Source: Octopus vulgaris
Taxonomy: Eukaryota
NCBI GenBank assembly: GCA_951406725.2
Contig: OX597834.1
Location: 24,180,001-24,244,000, forward strand
Direction: 5' to 3'
DNA length: 64,000 bases
Positions 1-13,587 of the stretch are shown here, in pieces; the stretch's first letter is position 1, and each line of letters opens with the position of its first letter. A program made the position numbers and the translations under genes. The notes below the pieces were generated by a model. It was not told the origin of the DNA and searched no databases. It worked only from the letters and a program-made list of their open reading frames with translations.

Positions 1-159
1 ATTTAGGTGTGTGTGTGTGTGTGTGTGTGTCGGCATGTTTACTGTATGTATATGTGTGTGCGTCGCTATGTTTATGTACCTGCGTATGTACACAAACATA
101 CGTTTATGTGTTATATACAAACAAGAGGAAAGATCGATGAATCCATTGGCGTAAGAGTA

Positions 160-198
<39 letters not shown>

Positions 199-463
199 CG
201 TAGTACTCCATTCGTTGTTACTCATTCATACATTCAAGATCACATATCGCAATCTCTTTTAAAAACAAACACAATGACAAAATATATTAGATGAGTAATA
301 TTTATGCGCTATTTCTAGCAAGGTGGTTGACCACACAGAAGCCCCGCCACTGTTGAAGCAGGTTACTACTGCTGTTGCCGGTTCTTGCAGGAGTCAGCAA
401 TGTTGAGGGCGTGGCCAACTCCTTCCAACCACAATACTGGGCGAACTACTAAACATCTGAAAA

Positions 464-503
<40 letters not shown>

Positions 504-1012
504 ATAATAAATACCTCTTGGTGGTAGTTCAGATTTTAGAAATAGCAGCCAAATATCTCCGAAAAAAAACAACATATATATATATATATAAAAGAAGCGC
601 AGAAAAACGAAGACACGTGAGATATGATTTCCTAATACACTTTCTGAAGAAATATGACGTGACGCTCACGCTTGGAACGTCGATCAGGGTTAGTGACATG
701 TGGTTAACATATACACACACACACAGTCTCTAATATAATATAATATATATATATATGTTAAAAAAAGGCTTAATTTCCATTATTTAGTCAGTTTCCTCAT
801 TTAGAAGATCCCGATATCTCTATAGAGTGATTGGTTGTTATATAGATGGTTAGGTGGATAGATCGAATGTGTGAGACAGAGTGTTATAAATTCGTCCAGG
901 ATCTCGCTAAAAACGATGTTCTTTATACACCAATAAACCACATGTCTTTTGGTTATCGCTCGTTTGCCAGCAATATTGAACAGGCCTTAACCTTTTACAA
1001 ATATCTTAATAC

Positions 1013-1425
1013 CCATTTCTTTATTACCCACAAGGGGCTAAACATAGAAGGGACAAACAAGGACAGACATAGGTATTAAGTCGATTACATCGACCCCAGT
1101 GTGTAACTGGTACTTAATTTATCGACCCCGAAAGGATGAAAGGTAAAGTCAACCTCGGCGGAATTTGAACTCACAACGTAACGGCAGAAGAAATACCTAT
1201 TTCTTTATTACCCACAAGGGGCTAAACACAGAGGGGACAAACAAGGACAGACATAGGTATTAAGTCGATTACATCGACCCCAGTGTGTAACTGGTACTTT
1301 ATTTATCGACCCCGAAAGGATGAAAGGTAAAGTCAACCTCGGCGGAATTTGAATTCACAACGTAACGGCAGAAGAAATACCGCTAAGCATTTCGCCCGAC
1401 GTGCTAACGATTCTGCCAGCTCGCC
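1013..1425 (-). mobile_element. Tandem duplicated family B SINE
   Basis: A unit of about 184 bp is repeated nearly identically (starting near 1015 and 1199); the second copy is complete. Confidence 0.88.
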
Positions 1426-2199
1426 ATTACACACACACACACACACACACGCACGTTATTTGCTTGTTTTTTTTGTTTTTTAATTATATGTCTCTTGGGT
1501 TCACACCATTATCTCTTTCTTTTTGATCTCCCCATCACTCCTCTCATCTTATTTATTTTGTTCTCAGAAACAATATTTTTTCCCCAGGTAATTCAAGACA
1601 GGCTTGGACTTGCACAAAATCGGGGACATTCATCACATCAAACGACTTACTGTAACCGACTAGGGAGCCATGGCAATTTATTATTATTATTATTATTATT
1701 ATTGCGACAAGCTGGCAGAATCGTTAGCATGCTAGACAAAATGCTGAGCAACATTTTGCCCATCTTTATGTTCTGAGTTCACATTCCACCGAGGTTGACT
1801 TTGCCTTTCTTCTTTTTGCAGGTAATTAAGGTAAGTACCAGTGAGGTATGGGACCAATGTGATCGACTTGGCCCTCTCTCAAACTTGCTGGCTTTGTGCC
1901 AGAATTTGAAATCCTCATCATCATCATCATCACCTATTTCTTTATTACCCACAAGGGGCTAAACACAGAGAGGACAAACAAGGACAGACAAACGGATTAA
2001 GTCGATTATATCGACCTTAGTACGTAACTGGTACTTATTTAATCAACCCCGAAAGGATGAAAGGCAAAGTCGACCTCGGTGGAATTTGAACTTAGAACGT
2101 AACGGCAGACGAAATACCGCTAAGCATTTCGCCCGGCACGCTAACGTTTCTGCCAGCTCACCGCCTTATTACCATCATCATTATTACCTCTGCCTTATG

Positions 2200-2940
2200 A
2201 AAGCAGATTGTATGATACTTCTGTATGAACAGCTATGCCTCATGGCATTGAGACATGGGCTGTGACTACTGAGGAGATACGAAGGCTTGAAAGAAATGAA
2301 GCCAGTATGCTCTGCTGGATGGGTAATGTCAGTGTGCATATACAACAGAGTGTCAGTGATTTGAGAGAAAAACTGGGTATACAAGGTATCAGACGTAGCA
2401 TGCAAGAGAGAAGACTGCTCTGGTATGGTTGTGTAATACATATGGATGAGAACAGCTGCATCAAGAAGTGCCGGTCTCTAATTGTGGGAGGAATGTTTGG
2501 AAGGGGTAGACCCAGGAAGATATGGGACAATGTGGTGAGTAAGGATCTTCATACGTTGGGTTTCACGGAAGAGATGACAAGGGACTGAGACTTTTGGCAA
2601 TTTGTTGTGCTTGAGAAGACATATGAAGCTAGGGAAAATCATAGTTGTCCTTGCATACAGCCATGTCCCCTACATTCCTCTTCAGCTGAGCGATCCTAAT
2701 CTTGTGGGCACATGGGTGCTGGTGACACATAGAAAGCACCCGTGCCATTGCCACTTAAGAGCACCCATGCCAGTCTTGCATAAAAGCAGCCAATACACTT
2801 TGTAAAGTAGCTGGCATTAGGAATGGCATCCAGTTGTAGAAAGCATGCCAAAAGAGACGTGGAGCCCAGCCTACTGTTCAGCTGTCAAACTGTCCAATCC
2901 ATCCCAGTATGGAAAACGGACATTAAACAATGATGATGAG
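2200..2940 (+). mobile_element. RTE-clade LINE 3' fragment with 3' UTR and (GAT)n tail
   Basis: HGIETWAVT...RRLERNEASMLCWM...RRLLWYGCV...GRGRPRKIW, followed by a 3' sequence shared with many short repeats in the window. Confidence 0.85.
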
Positions 2941-3630
2941 GTGTAGGCATGGTGTGTAGCTAAGAAGTTTTCTTCTCAACCACATGATTCCAAGTTCAGT
3001 CCTACTGCATGGCATCATGGGCAAATGTTTTCAATTACATTCCTGGGCCAACCAAAGCTTTCTGAGTGGAATTGTAGACAAAAACTCTGTGCAGGTGTAT
3101 CTCCTTGCCTTGATATCAAGTGATAGTTGTAAATGAGTGTCACTATCATGCAAGCAGTGTTCTTCATTACCAAACTTCTATGACATATCTGTTCATGGAG
3201 AAATATTACCTTATTTGGAAACAGGGTTGGTGATAGAAAGGGCATCCAGCCCTAATATATCTGCCTCAGCAAATTCTGTGCAACCCATGCAAGCATGGAA
3301 AAGTGAGTGCTAAAATGATGATGATGAAGGCCATTCAGCCATGGAAACCAAGCCAATGAAGACGCTAGTGCATGCCGCAGTCCTCTTATTCATCAGATGC
3401 TGTCAAACTGTTCGATCCATGCCACCGTGAAAGCTGGACATTAAATGACAGTGATGATGATATAGCATTCTGTGTTCAAATTCATTTGGAGGCTAAAACA
3501 TTGCGAAGCGCATTGTGACCAGCGATGTGTAGCAACATCTGATAGCCTAGTCGGTCACGTGATCACGGTGATATATATATATATAGTAGAAACAGTGGAT
3601 ACAGAAAACAGTATACTGGAAGCTTTATTT

Positions 3631-3737
3631 ATCACAACAATCGTTTCGATACATCCTGCACTGCTTTCCCATTTAGTGGGAAACTAAGCAATGGATTACT
3701 GTGCACTCCACAGTGCAGATCCATCTCTTCAGGTGAT
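3631..3737 (-). ncRNA. Type I hammerhead ribozyme motif with long stem II
   Basis: Minus strand reads ATCAC-CTGAAGA-GATGGATCTGCACTG...CAGTGCAGGATGTATC-GAAA-C-GATT-G-T-T-GTGAT. The core is intact, stem I is ATCAC/GTGAT, stem III is short, and the cleavage triplet is GUU. Confidence 0.7.
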
Positions 3738-5850
3738 GCAACTCAGTTTCTCATTACATAAATAATGTTTCGCTCTTAAACATAACTAGAGCATGTTTCA
3801 TAGATATGACTACTATCAACATGCTCTAGTTGGCAAAAAGTAAATGAATCCCTCTTCACCTCCAGCAGATGTGGAAGGAAATCAACCATGTGCAAAAGAC
3901 ACTGCAAAGGGAGATGTAGATGAGAACAGAGTAAAGCCCAAGGCCACACCTACCTTTGGGTGATAGACAGTGTTACAAGAAGCATAATAGATATTTATTA
4001 CTGAAATATCTGAAATCAATTCAGTCAAGCAACCAACCAAAGAGTTGAGTAACAACCGGGTTTTAATCATTTCAAACAAATATATTCTTTGACCTTCTGT
4101 CATTTAATCAGTAGCTGGTTTTGATTTCAGCCAATGGAAATTGTTTTGAACAGATCATGTTGATTGGTTTAACAGATAACCAGCTAGTTTACATCCTGTT
4201 CTGTGGAGTGCTTTTCACTTCACTTAGCTATTCTAAGTGTTAGTGATTAATTACTGGTACCTATTACTTTAGAATATTTCTAAAGTAAAACAGTTTTGTC
4301 TTTGCCACCTTTTCAAGATTATTAACTGTTCCATAGCATTACAAGACATTGTTCTGTCCACACTTGCCATACGTTCTTCAAACTTGAAGTATGTTAAATA
4401 AGAGGTTGTTAGACCTTTGATCTGTTTGCCTCTACTGGGGGCAAGAGATACTGTTGTCCCTCAGAATCCTCTTACTAAAGTTCTGGTGTCATTTTTTTCT
4501 AACCCACCCTATCTCTGTTTCTCTTTATTGAGCTGTGCTGTCTTGTAAGAGGGTTTGGGTGGGGGCAACATCAATCTCATCTGGATTTGAACACAGTTTG
4601 CAGAGAGGAAGAAAAGTTATTGTAGGACACTTTTCCCAATGCTTTAATGCTGCCATTTGATCATGTTTTCAGAATTGAACCCTAACCCAATTTGGGTTGT
4701 GGACCAATAGGTTGGTAACCACTCAAGTAGAAGCGCCTTGCGTCTCATTGATATTAAAGGATTAAGGATAATGGTCATGAGAATGATTATAACATTCTTA
4801 TGAAACCTTAAACAGCTCGGTAGACGATGGTTTCTAATTTTGGCAGAGAAACAGCAATTTTGATGGGAGAATGTTAGATGATTCCATCAGCTTTGAGAGT
4901 TTGATGATGCAGTTGTATATTTTGACAATGACATTGTAGGATAGTTGTGAAAGGCCCGGTCTGACTAATTTGAACATAAAACCTGTAGAATATTTGGGCT
5001 GGATAGGGCCAGTTTAAATGCTAAAGAGGTAAATGTTACAGGATTAAACCCTTCAAGGTGGTGCTCCAGCATGGGGGTGCTGTCCAATGACAACTGAAAC
5101 AAGTAAAAGCAAAAAAATACATATTAATTGCATGATAATCTATATTGTTAATTCCATCAACCCCAGCACCTATCTTATGTTTTATCTTATTGACTTGAAG
5201 AGGGTGCAAATCAAAATTAAATCTCAACAGGATTTGTAATCAGTTGTGAATATAATGTAACATTAGATACTTTTGTATCCTTGCATTGGATATATAATTT
5301 AACAAAGCAGGGTGGGGCAGAGAAAGTATTTACATGACGCACTACTATTACTGTTATACAAGACTCAACACTCTCAATCTACAGCTCACAGTGCACTGCT
5401 TGCCAATCTGAACCGCCAATCATTCACTGTTCTTTACTTTATAACAAAGAGTCAGTCCACCTGCAGTCATTTGGGAGGGTGGTTGGAATTCTTCCACAAC
5501 AGATACACAACCGGGTGGTGTGTAGTAGTAGTATTTAAAAAACATTAAAAAATGAAATATAGCCAGCAGCTTGACGACTTCATTGTTGAGATTCCATTGA
5601 AGTTAGAATATTTTTTTTACCTTCAATGTGGTTTGAACTCCCCAAACCCTCTGCTGATCTTCAAGTCTTTTCTTCCTTACTTAAAAACTGGAAAAACCAG
5701 TTGAACAAACCTGAAGACATTTTTTTTTCCTGTTTCACATACCCTTCTGTCACCCACACACCTCTCTTTCTCTCTCTCTCTTTCTTTTTCTCTTCCCCTC
5801 TCTCTTATATTCTCTCACCCTTTTTCTCACATTTTCTCTAGTTCTTCTCT

Positions 5851-5912
<62 letters not shown>

Positions 5913-6143
5913 ATAACCTATATGTTTAGCAGATTCAAAAGTAGTTGTGTGTAGCTTCAAATGAAAGCATATTGTTCATCTTATATATATATATAAATAC
6001 ATACATGCATATACATACATAATTATGGGGGTATGAGTATGTATACATATACAAATGCACTTATATGTGTGTGTGAACGCACACACATATGTCATAGTCT
6101 GTTATAGTTTTCTCATTTAAACGAGAACTAAAATGTGTGTGTG

Positions 6144-6177
<34 letters not shown>

Positions 6178-6385
6178 TAAATAGATAGATATCTTATAAC
6201 AGTAAAGTTTTAGTGTGTGTGTGTGTTTATATATATAGCCATTTGGTTAAGGTGTGTCCTTTGCAACAACTTGGTTCCAAGTTCACTGCTACTAAGTGAA
6301 ATTTATGGTCAAGTTGTTTCTATTGGAGCCTAAGGTTGGCTTATTTTAGTGGAATTTGCAAGATGAAGACTGTGGAAACCTGCCC

Positions 6386-6431
<46 letters not shown>

Positions 6432-7791
6432 GTGTTGTGTATCAAGTTGTGTCTTTTAATGTTACAAGGTATAATATTGGTTTTAAATTTTGGCACAAGG
6501 CCAATAAGTTTCGGGAAGGGCATAAGTTGCTTTCATTGACCCCCAGCGCTCAACTAGTACTTATTTTATCAACCCTGGAAGATTGAAAGGTAAAGTCAAC
6601 CTTGAATGGAGAACATTAAGATAAATAAGAAACCATTAAGCATTTTACCTGGCATGCTTACAACTCTGCCACTCACTGCGTTAGAAGGTAAAATATTTTT
6701 GTTTAATTAAGACAAGGTCAAGAAGGTTAGTGGCTGGAATGGTTGGAGGTGGAAGCAGTCATGGTCACAGCAGATGATGAAGGCCTCAATAATGTCTTGT
6801 TTTGAGCTCTTAATCGTTTGGACTGTTGTTAGTATTTTCTCTCCTGTGTCCATGCCCTAATTCATTGAGGGCTACACATCTGATGATTAACCCTTACCCA
6901 GTTTAATCTGCCTGTCAAAGTGGTTTTCCAGAGTGTGGCCACAGTACAAGCTATAGCTTTTTTGAACTTAGAGGTACAAAGCATGTGCTTCTATCTAAGG
7001 TGTTACGAATCCCTGAACATCCCCTGTACTTCATAAACCCCATATACCATACGTCTCACACGCCCTACACCCCTTCACTTACATGCAGCACAGGAGAAAG
7101 ATAACAGCTAATCAATGCTACTTAACCTATCTGCACACACCTACTGTATTTAATAGGGACATCTTGCAACAAGTGGTCATGTAATCTCAAGAGTTCTGCA
7201 ATTTTTATTTAACAAGATATTTAAAAAAACAAAGTCAGTTTATATGATAGGACTATCTGATTCTATTATATTTTTAGAAATAAACTATGGTTTCTTCAAT
7301 ATTTATTAGATAAGCATGGATCCGTGATAAGAAGTTTGCTTCCCAACCACATGGTTCTGGTTTCAGTCCCACTGCATGGCACCTTGGGCTTCTTTCAGTT
7401 TCTGTCAACAAAATCCACCAGTAAGGTTTTGGTTGGCTTGAGGCTATAGTAGAAGACCCCTGTGCAAAGTGCAACACTGTGGGACTGAATGTGGAACCAT
7501 GTAGTTGGGAAGCAAGCTTCTTACCGCACACCTTCATGCATTTGTTCACATTCCCAGTACTTAGTGGTTCAACAAAAGAGATTAATAAAATAAGTTCCAA
7601 TTTTAAAACAGTAACTACTGGAATTGATTTGTATGATTAACCCTTTCACATTCAGATTATTCTATCAAATGTAATGCTTATATAATCTGATTCCTTTGAA
7701 TTACAGTTCTATATTTAAGAGATGAGGAATTATGTACATAATTTACATTATTTACATTTAACAGATACTTGTCCTCGTTTTGTTTGTTGTT

Positions 7792-7838
7792 AACACCAAC
7801 GTTTCAGCTGATATACTCTCCAGCCTTCTTCAGGTGTC
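7792..7838 (-). ncRNA. Minimal PLE-type hammerhead ribozyme motif (left arm of inverted repeat)
   Basis: Minus strand reads GACAC-CTGAAGA-A-GGCTG-gagagtatat-CAGCT-GAAA-CG-TT-g-GTGTT. Confidence 0.65.
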
Positions 7839-8054
7839 TTGGGGAAATTTCAAACCTGGGTTCTCATTCCTAGGGTATTTTTCAATATTATTATTATTAT
7901 TATAATTATTATTGTTGTTATTATTATTATTCAGGTCACTGCCTGGAATCGAACTCAGAATCTTGGGGTTAGTAGCCTGCACTCTTACTCACTATATCGT
8001 ATGGTCGTGGACATCTACTAACCCCAAGATTCCAAGTTCGATACCAAGCCGTGA

Positions 8055-8090
<36 letters not shown>

Positions 8091-8171
8091 TAATAATAAT
8101 AATATTAAATAATAATAATAACATCGAAAAATACCTTAGGAATGAGAACCCAGGTTTGAAATTTCCCCCAA

Positions 8172-8217
8172 GACACCTGATGAAGGCTGGAGAGTATATC
8201 AGCTGAAAAGTTGTGTT
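8172..8217 (+). ncRNA. Minimal PLE-type hammerhead ribozyme motif (right arm of inverted repeat)
   Basis: Plus strand reads GACAC-CTGATGA-A-GGCTG-gagagtatat-CAGCT-GAAA-AG-TT-GTGTT. Stem I is GACAC/GTGTT and stem II is GGCTG/CAGCT. Confidence 0.65.
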
Positions 8218-10098
8218 AACAACAAATAAGATGAGGACCAATATCCGTCAAAGGTAAATAATGTAAATTGAATTAATCTTGCTTTACCTTGTAGCATTAA
8301 AATTTTGATGATATGATTATTTTTAGAATGGCATTGTAGGGTAGGTATGCAAAGCCTGACCAGGACAGTTTGAACTTAAAACAAGTACACTATTTGGGCC
8401 TGGTATGGCTTGTTTAACTCTTTAGCATTCAGGTTACTTTGTTAAATGTGATGCATATTTATTCAATTTATTAAATTAGTCATGCATTACCTTGTAGCTT
8501 TGAGAGTTTGATGATGTGGTTGTATATTTTGAGAATGACATTGTAGGATAGTTATGAAAGGCCAGGCCTGGCTAATTTGAACATAAAACCTGTAGAATAT
8601 TTGGGCTGGATAGGGCCAGTTTAAATGCTAAGGTGTTAAATGTTACAGGATTAAACCCTTCAAGGTGGTACTCCAGCATGGGGGTGCAGTGCAGTCCAAT
8701 GACAACTGAAACAAGTAAAAGCAAAAAATACATATTAATTAACTGATAATCTATATTGTTAATTTAATTTTATTTTATAATTAAAGAAGTTAACTACTAG
8801 AAATTAATTTTAGTAATTTTTGATGATAATGATATAGATATTTATTTCTAAACATATAGGGGACAAACAAGGACAGACAAAGAGATTAAGTCAATTACAT
8901 CGACCCCAGTGCGTAACTGGTACTTATTTAATCGACCCCGAAAGGATGAAAGGCAAAGTCGACCTCGGCGGAATTTGAACTCAGAACGTAACGGCAGACA
9001 TTATTGGTTACTTATTTTATTTTTTAGATTAAATTATAAAATTTCAGTTTTAAATTAACGAGTTTCATTGTGATAATTATTGGGATATGGCAACATCAGA
9101 TATTTACTGAAGAATGACTTTTACTATTAATTTTATCTTTCTTTTTCTCCTTTTGATGAGGTGTGAGGTGTTCCTATTTATTTGTTGTGGGGGAGGGGGG
9201 TCAAAGTAAAATGTTAGATAAAACTTTACACTTTGGTCATATTGGAGGGCTTAGTTAAAAAGAAACAAAACAACCTAACTTTCTCTCTTTCATTTTCTCC
9301 CTCTGTTTCATTTGTTATTGCTTTCCCTCTATCTCTCTCTATTTCCCTTCTCTCTCTCTCCCTCTCTCCCATTCTTCTCTCTTTTCTACTTCTCCACCTG
9401 CTCTTGGTTGCATTAGTTTTGACAAATGGAGACAAATGTAAAATAGCAAGGGTTCTTTTAGTTCTGAAGGATGCAAGCCAACTTCACTAGTACTGGTGCA
9501 ATGATAAAACATACCCAGTCCAGTTTATAAAGTGGTCAATGAATTGACTTACTGCTCCCCCAGAGTTGCAGGCCTTGTGCCAAAATTTGAAACCAAATTA
9601 TGTTCTAAATACCAGCTTAATAATGACAGTTATTTCAATAAATTATTTTCAGAATTAATTGAAAACAAAGGCCGTGTATTTCAATGGAAATATAGTTACA
9701 AAAAGGTTAAGTTGCACTCAGTATACTATGCTAAGTGGTTGGTGTTAGGAAAAGTGTCCAACCATAGAAACCATGTCAAATGTATAGGGAAGATATGGTC
9801 TAGGGTGGCTTTATTGGAGGGTGAGTAAGTACAGAGTCAGGTTGTAACGACTGTTCAATCTATGCCAGAATAGGAAACTGTCATAAAATGGTGCCATCTG
9901 TAGCAACTTTGTTTCTGTGTCTGCCAGATGACAAAAGATCTGTATAGGGAGTGAAACCTGTCCAACCAATGACAATAATGTGAAAAAAAACAAAAAAACC
10001 CAAATGATTGTGAGTGTATCCATTTGCATGTATATGATGTGTGTATAGATTTGCGTGTATATGTGTACATATTTGAATGTACATGTTTAGTATTTGTA

Positions 10099-10476
10099 GG
10101 AGTGGCTGTGTGGTAAGTAGCTTGCTAACCAACCACATGGTTGTGGGTTCAGTCCCACTGCGTGGCATCTTGGGCAAGTGTCTTCTGCTATAGCCCTGGG
10201 CCGACCAATGCCTTGTGAGTGGATTTGGTAGACGGAAACTGAAAGAAGCCTGTCGTATATGTGTGTGTGTGTGTGATTGTGTGTCTGTATTTGTCCCCTA
10301 GCATTGCTTGACAACCGATGCTGGTGTGTTTACGTCCCCGTCACTTAGCGGTTCGGCAAAAGAGACCGATAGAATAAGTACTGGGCTTACAAAGAATAAG
10401 TCCCGGGGTCGATTTGCTCGACTAAAGGCGGTGCTCCAGCATGGCCGCAGTCAAATGACTGAAACAAGTAAAAGAG
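10099..10476 (+). mobile_element. tRNA-derived SINE family A (representative full-length copy)
   Basis: A-box TGGCTGTGTGG, B-box GGTTCAGTCCC, CORE-like CTTGGGCAAGTG, internal (TG)n. Many copies, for example near 13150, 15740, 24236, 29080 (-) and 43402. Confidence 0.9.
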
Positions 10477-12635
10477 TATATGATGAGTGTGTGTATATAT
10501 GGATGTACAAAAATAGTTTAGGAGTAATACCAAACTATGTGCTAGATATCTTGGCTGTGAGGAACAAAGTAATGGATTGATAGTCACATGGTTACCAGTT
10601 CAAATCTTATTATCATCACTGTTGTTTTTGCACCTACTTGAGCAAGATCCATTACTCTCATTGCTCTTTACCAGGGTCCAGCCACAGGTTGGTCAGTGAG
10701 ATATTCTCTGTGTTCTCAGACATTTTCTAAAAATTCTTCAAATTCATCCTTATTTTACAAGATCTGAAATGATGACTTGTATATTTATTGTTCTGGTAGA
10801 TACAAATAGTAAAGGTGCATGTGTTAGAGTGTCGAGCTTATGATCATGAGGTTCTGAGTTCGAATCCTGGACCGGGCTGCATGTTGTGTTCTTGAGCAAA
10901 ACACTTTATTTCACATTGCTCCAGTTCACTCAGCTGTAGAAATGAGTTGCGACGTCACAGGTGCCAAGCTGTATCGGCCCCTTTGCCTTTCCCTTGGATA
11001 ACACTGGTGGCATGGAGAGGGGAGGCTGGTATGCATGGGCGACTGCTGGTCTTCCATAAAACAACCTTGCCTGGACTTGTACCTGAGAGAGTAACTTTCT
11101 AGGTGCAATCTTATGGTCAGTCATGACCAAAGGGGGTCTCAGCAGATACAAATGCAAAATATGTTAATTGCTGCTGTGTATATCATAGAAAAACAACTTG
11201 TTTTTATGATGACAATGCATTCAGCTCATTGGTGCAAGGGATTCTGGCTGATGCAACACATGTTGAAAGACTCGTGAACTGAGTCTTATGAATACACTGT
11301 CATTGGAAAAGGGAGATGTTGTTCTTGTGACTTGCACAACAGTGAGCAGCATATTTGACATTTGACTCTGTGAGAATGTATAAAGAATAAATATGCAAGT
11401 CATCATATGTCTGTGTGTGTGTGTGTGTATTAATGTTTGTTTTTATGTTCAGTTATAATAATAATTTATAACTATGTTAATCTGATAGGTTATTCTATAC
11501 TTTTGTGGAGTACAAATTTATTATTTGTTTTAAATCTCTGAGTGAGATATATACAGTAACAGTACCGATTAGTAATGTTTATAAGTGTCACTTATAGAAT
11601 ATATAGCATTTGGAAGTGGAGAGAGCTCTCGGCACTATCTTGTGATTATCTCACACTGAGAATGGGTGACCACCCAGAAACCTAAGGTCTGTGTGTGTGT
11701 GTATAAAGGCGAGCTAGCAGAAACATTAGCACACCGGGCAAAATGCTTAGCGGTATTTCGTCTGTCTTTGCATTTTGAGTTCAAATTCCACCGAGGTTGA
11801 CTTTGCCTTCCTTTCAGGGTCGATAAATTGTCAGTTACATACTGGGGTCAATTTAATCAACTGTCACCACTCCCCAAAATTTTGGGCCTTGTGCCCAGAG
11901 TAGAAAGGTATAATATATATATATATATATATGTATAAACAACTTATATAACAACATATTTGGCATTAGAATTTTTTTCTTTTGCCCTTGTTTATAAGTT
12001 GTTTATAAATTTATCCTTTAAAGGTATTTTTTAATATGCTGGCCATTGATAAAATTTTTTTCGAAAAATTTTATCCTATATTAGATGTATATATATGTAT
12101 GTATGTTTGTGTGTCTCTTTGATCCTATGCTTATCTCACTCCACCCCACTGCCTGACAACCAATGTCAGTTTGTTTACGTCCTCTATAACTTAGCAGTTC
12201 AGCAAAAGAGACTCGTAGGCAGATATATTTTGGGTCGATCTGTTTGACTAAAATCCTCTAAAGCAGTGCTGCAGTGTAGCCGCATTCCAATGATCAATGA
12301 CTGAAATAAATAAAAGCTAAACGCTATTGCAAGAAGTATTTGTTGATCCCTGCTACAGACTGAGGGACTACGTAAATAAACAAGTTCTACTTCTCAGGTC
12401 TATTCCCACCTTCACGGCTGAATGGACATCAATTGAAAAGTCATCCATTTTCTAACAAACTCCACCACCCTGCCTGCTCATAACAGATATGCAGAAATGG
12501 ATGTAAAACAAATATGAAACAATAAAAAAAAAATCCCAAAGAATTTCTTTGGTCAGTATTCATCAATGAGGTATTTTTAATTAAGATGTGGAGATAATAC
12601 ACAAAGTGCACACATATAGGTACACACATATGCAC

Positions 12636-12740
<105 letters not shown>

Positions 12741-13587
12741 GTGTGTAAATATGTGTGTGTGTGTGTGTATGTATATATATATATATATATATTATGTGTG
12801 TAAATATGTGTGTGTGTGTGTGTATGTATATATATATATATATTATGTGTGTAAATATGTGTGTGTATGTTTGTATGTATATGAATTTGTGTGTATATAT
12901 ATATATATATATATATGCAATCTATGTGGGTGCCTTTTCAATACATTCTCTGGTTTAAAAAGCCACATCAGATGCCATCATGAATTTAAGGTGTAGGTAC
13001 AAGAGGTGGTCAGACTCTGTTTATGGAGGTAGACAACCACCATATATATATTGATGTATATATGTGTGTATGTGTATATATATATATCTGGTCCATGAAT
13101 GTGGGCATAGGTTAGTATCCCACTTTTGACAAGCATTTTTTATAGGTGCAGGAGTGGCTATGTGGTAAGTAGCTTGCTTACAAACTACATGGTCCCATCT
13201 TCGATCCCACTGCATGGCACCTTCAGCAAGTGTCTTCTACTATAGCCTTGGGTTGACCAAAGCCTTGTGAGTGGATTTGGTAGAGAGAAACTGAAAGAAG
13301 CCTGTGATATATGTATGTATGTATGTATATGTTTGTGTGTCTGTGTTCTCCACTGCCATCGATTGACAACTGATGTTGGTGTGTTTATGTCCCTGTAACT
13401 TAGTGATTCAGCAAAAGCAGCTAATAGAATAAGTACTAGGCTTACAAAGAATAAGGCATGGGGTTGATTTGCTTGACTTAAAGGTGTTGCTCCAGTACGG
13501 CCACAGTTAAATGTCTGAAACAAATAAAAAAAATAAAAAGAGAATACCCTCCATCAGGCATTTGCCATATTCTGAACGCCTTACTTC

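Larger units (their letters stand above)
7704..8267 (-). mobile_element. Non-autonomous tRNA-headed, hammerhead-bearing element with an inverted partial copy (PLE-type insertion)
   Basis: Inverted arms at about 7742-7975 and 8015-8268. tRNA-like head with B-box GAGTTCGATTCC, then (AAT)n, then a hammerhead. Flanking direct repeat TTGAATTA at 7696-7703 and 8268-8275. It interrupts a piggyBac-type MITE. Confidence 0.7.

Noticed and set aside
5310-5660. CCAAT/TGACG motifs and a short ORF MKYSQQLDDFIVEIPLK
   Set aside because: The motifs are too short to support a promoter call, and there is no good in-phase donor.
12905-13050. C2H2 zinc finger [21 protein letters not shown]
   Set aside because: Isolated, fused to a (TA)n run with no acceptor; more likely the C-terminal finger of a truncated RTE-type LINE than a host gene.
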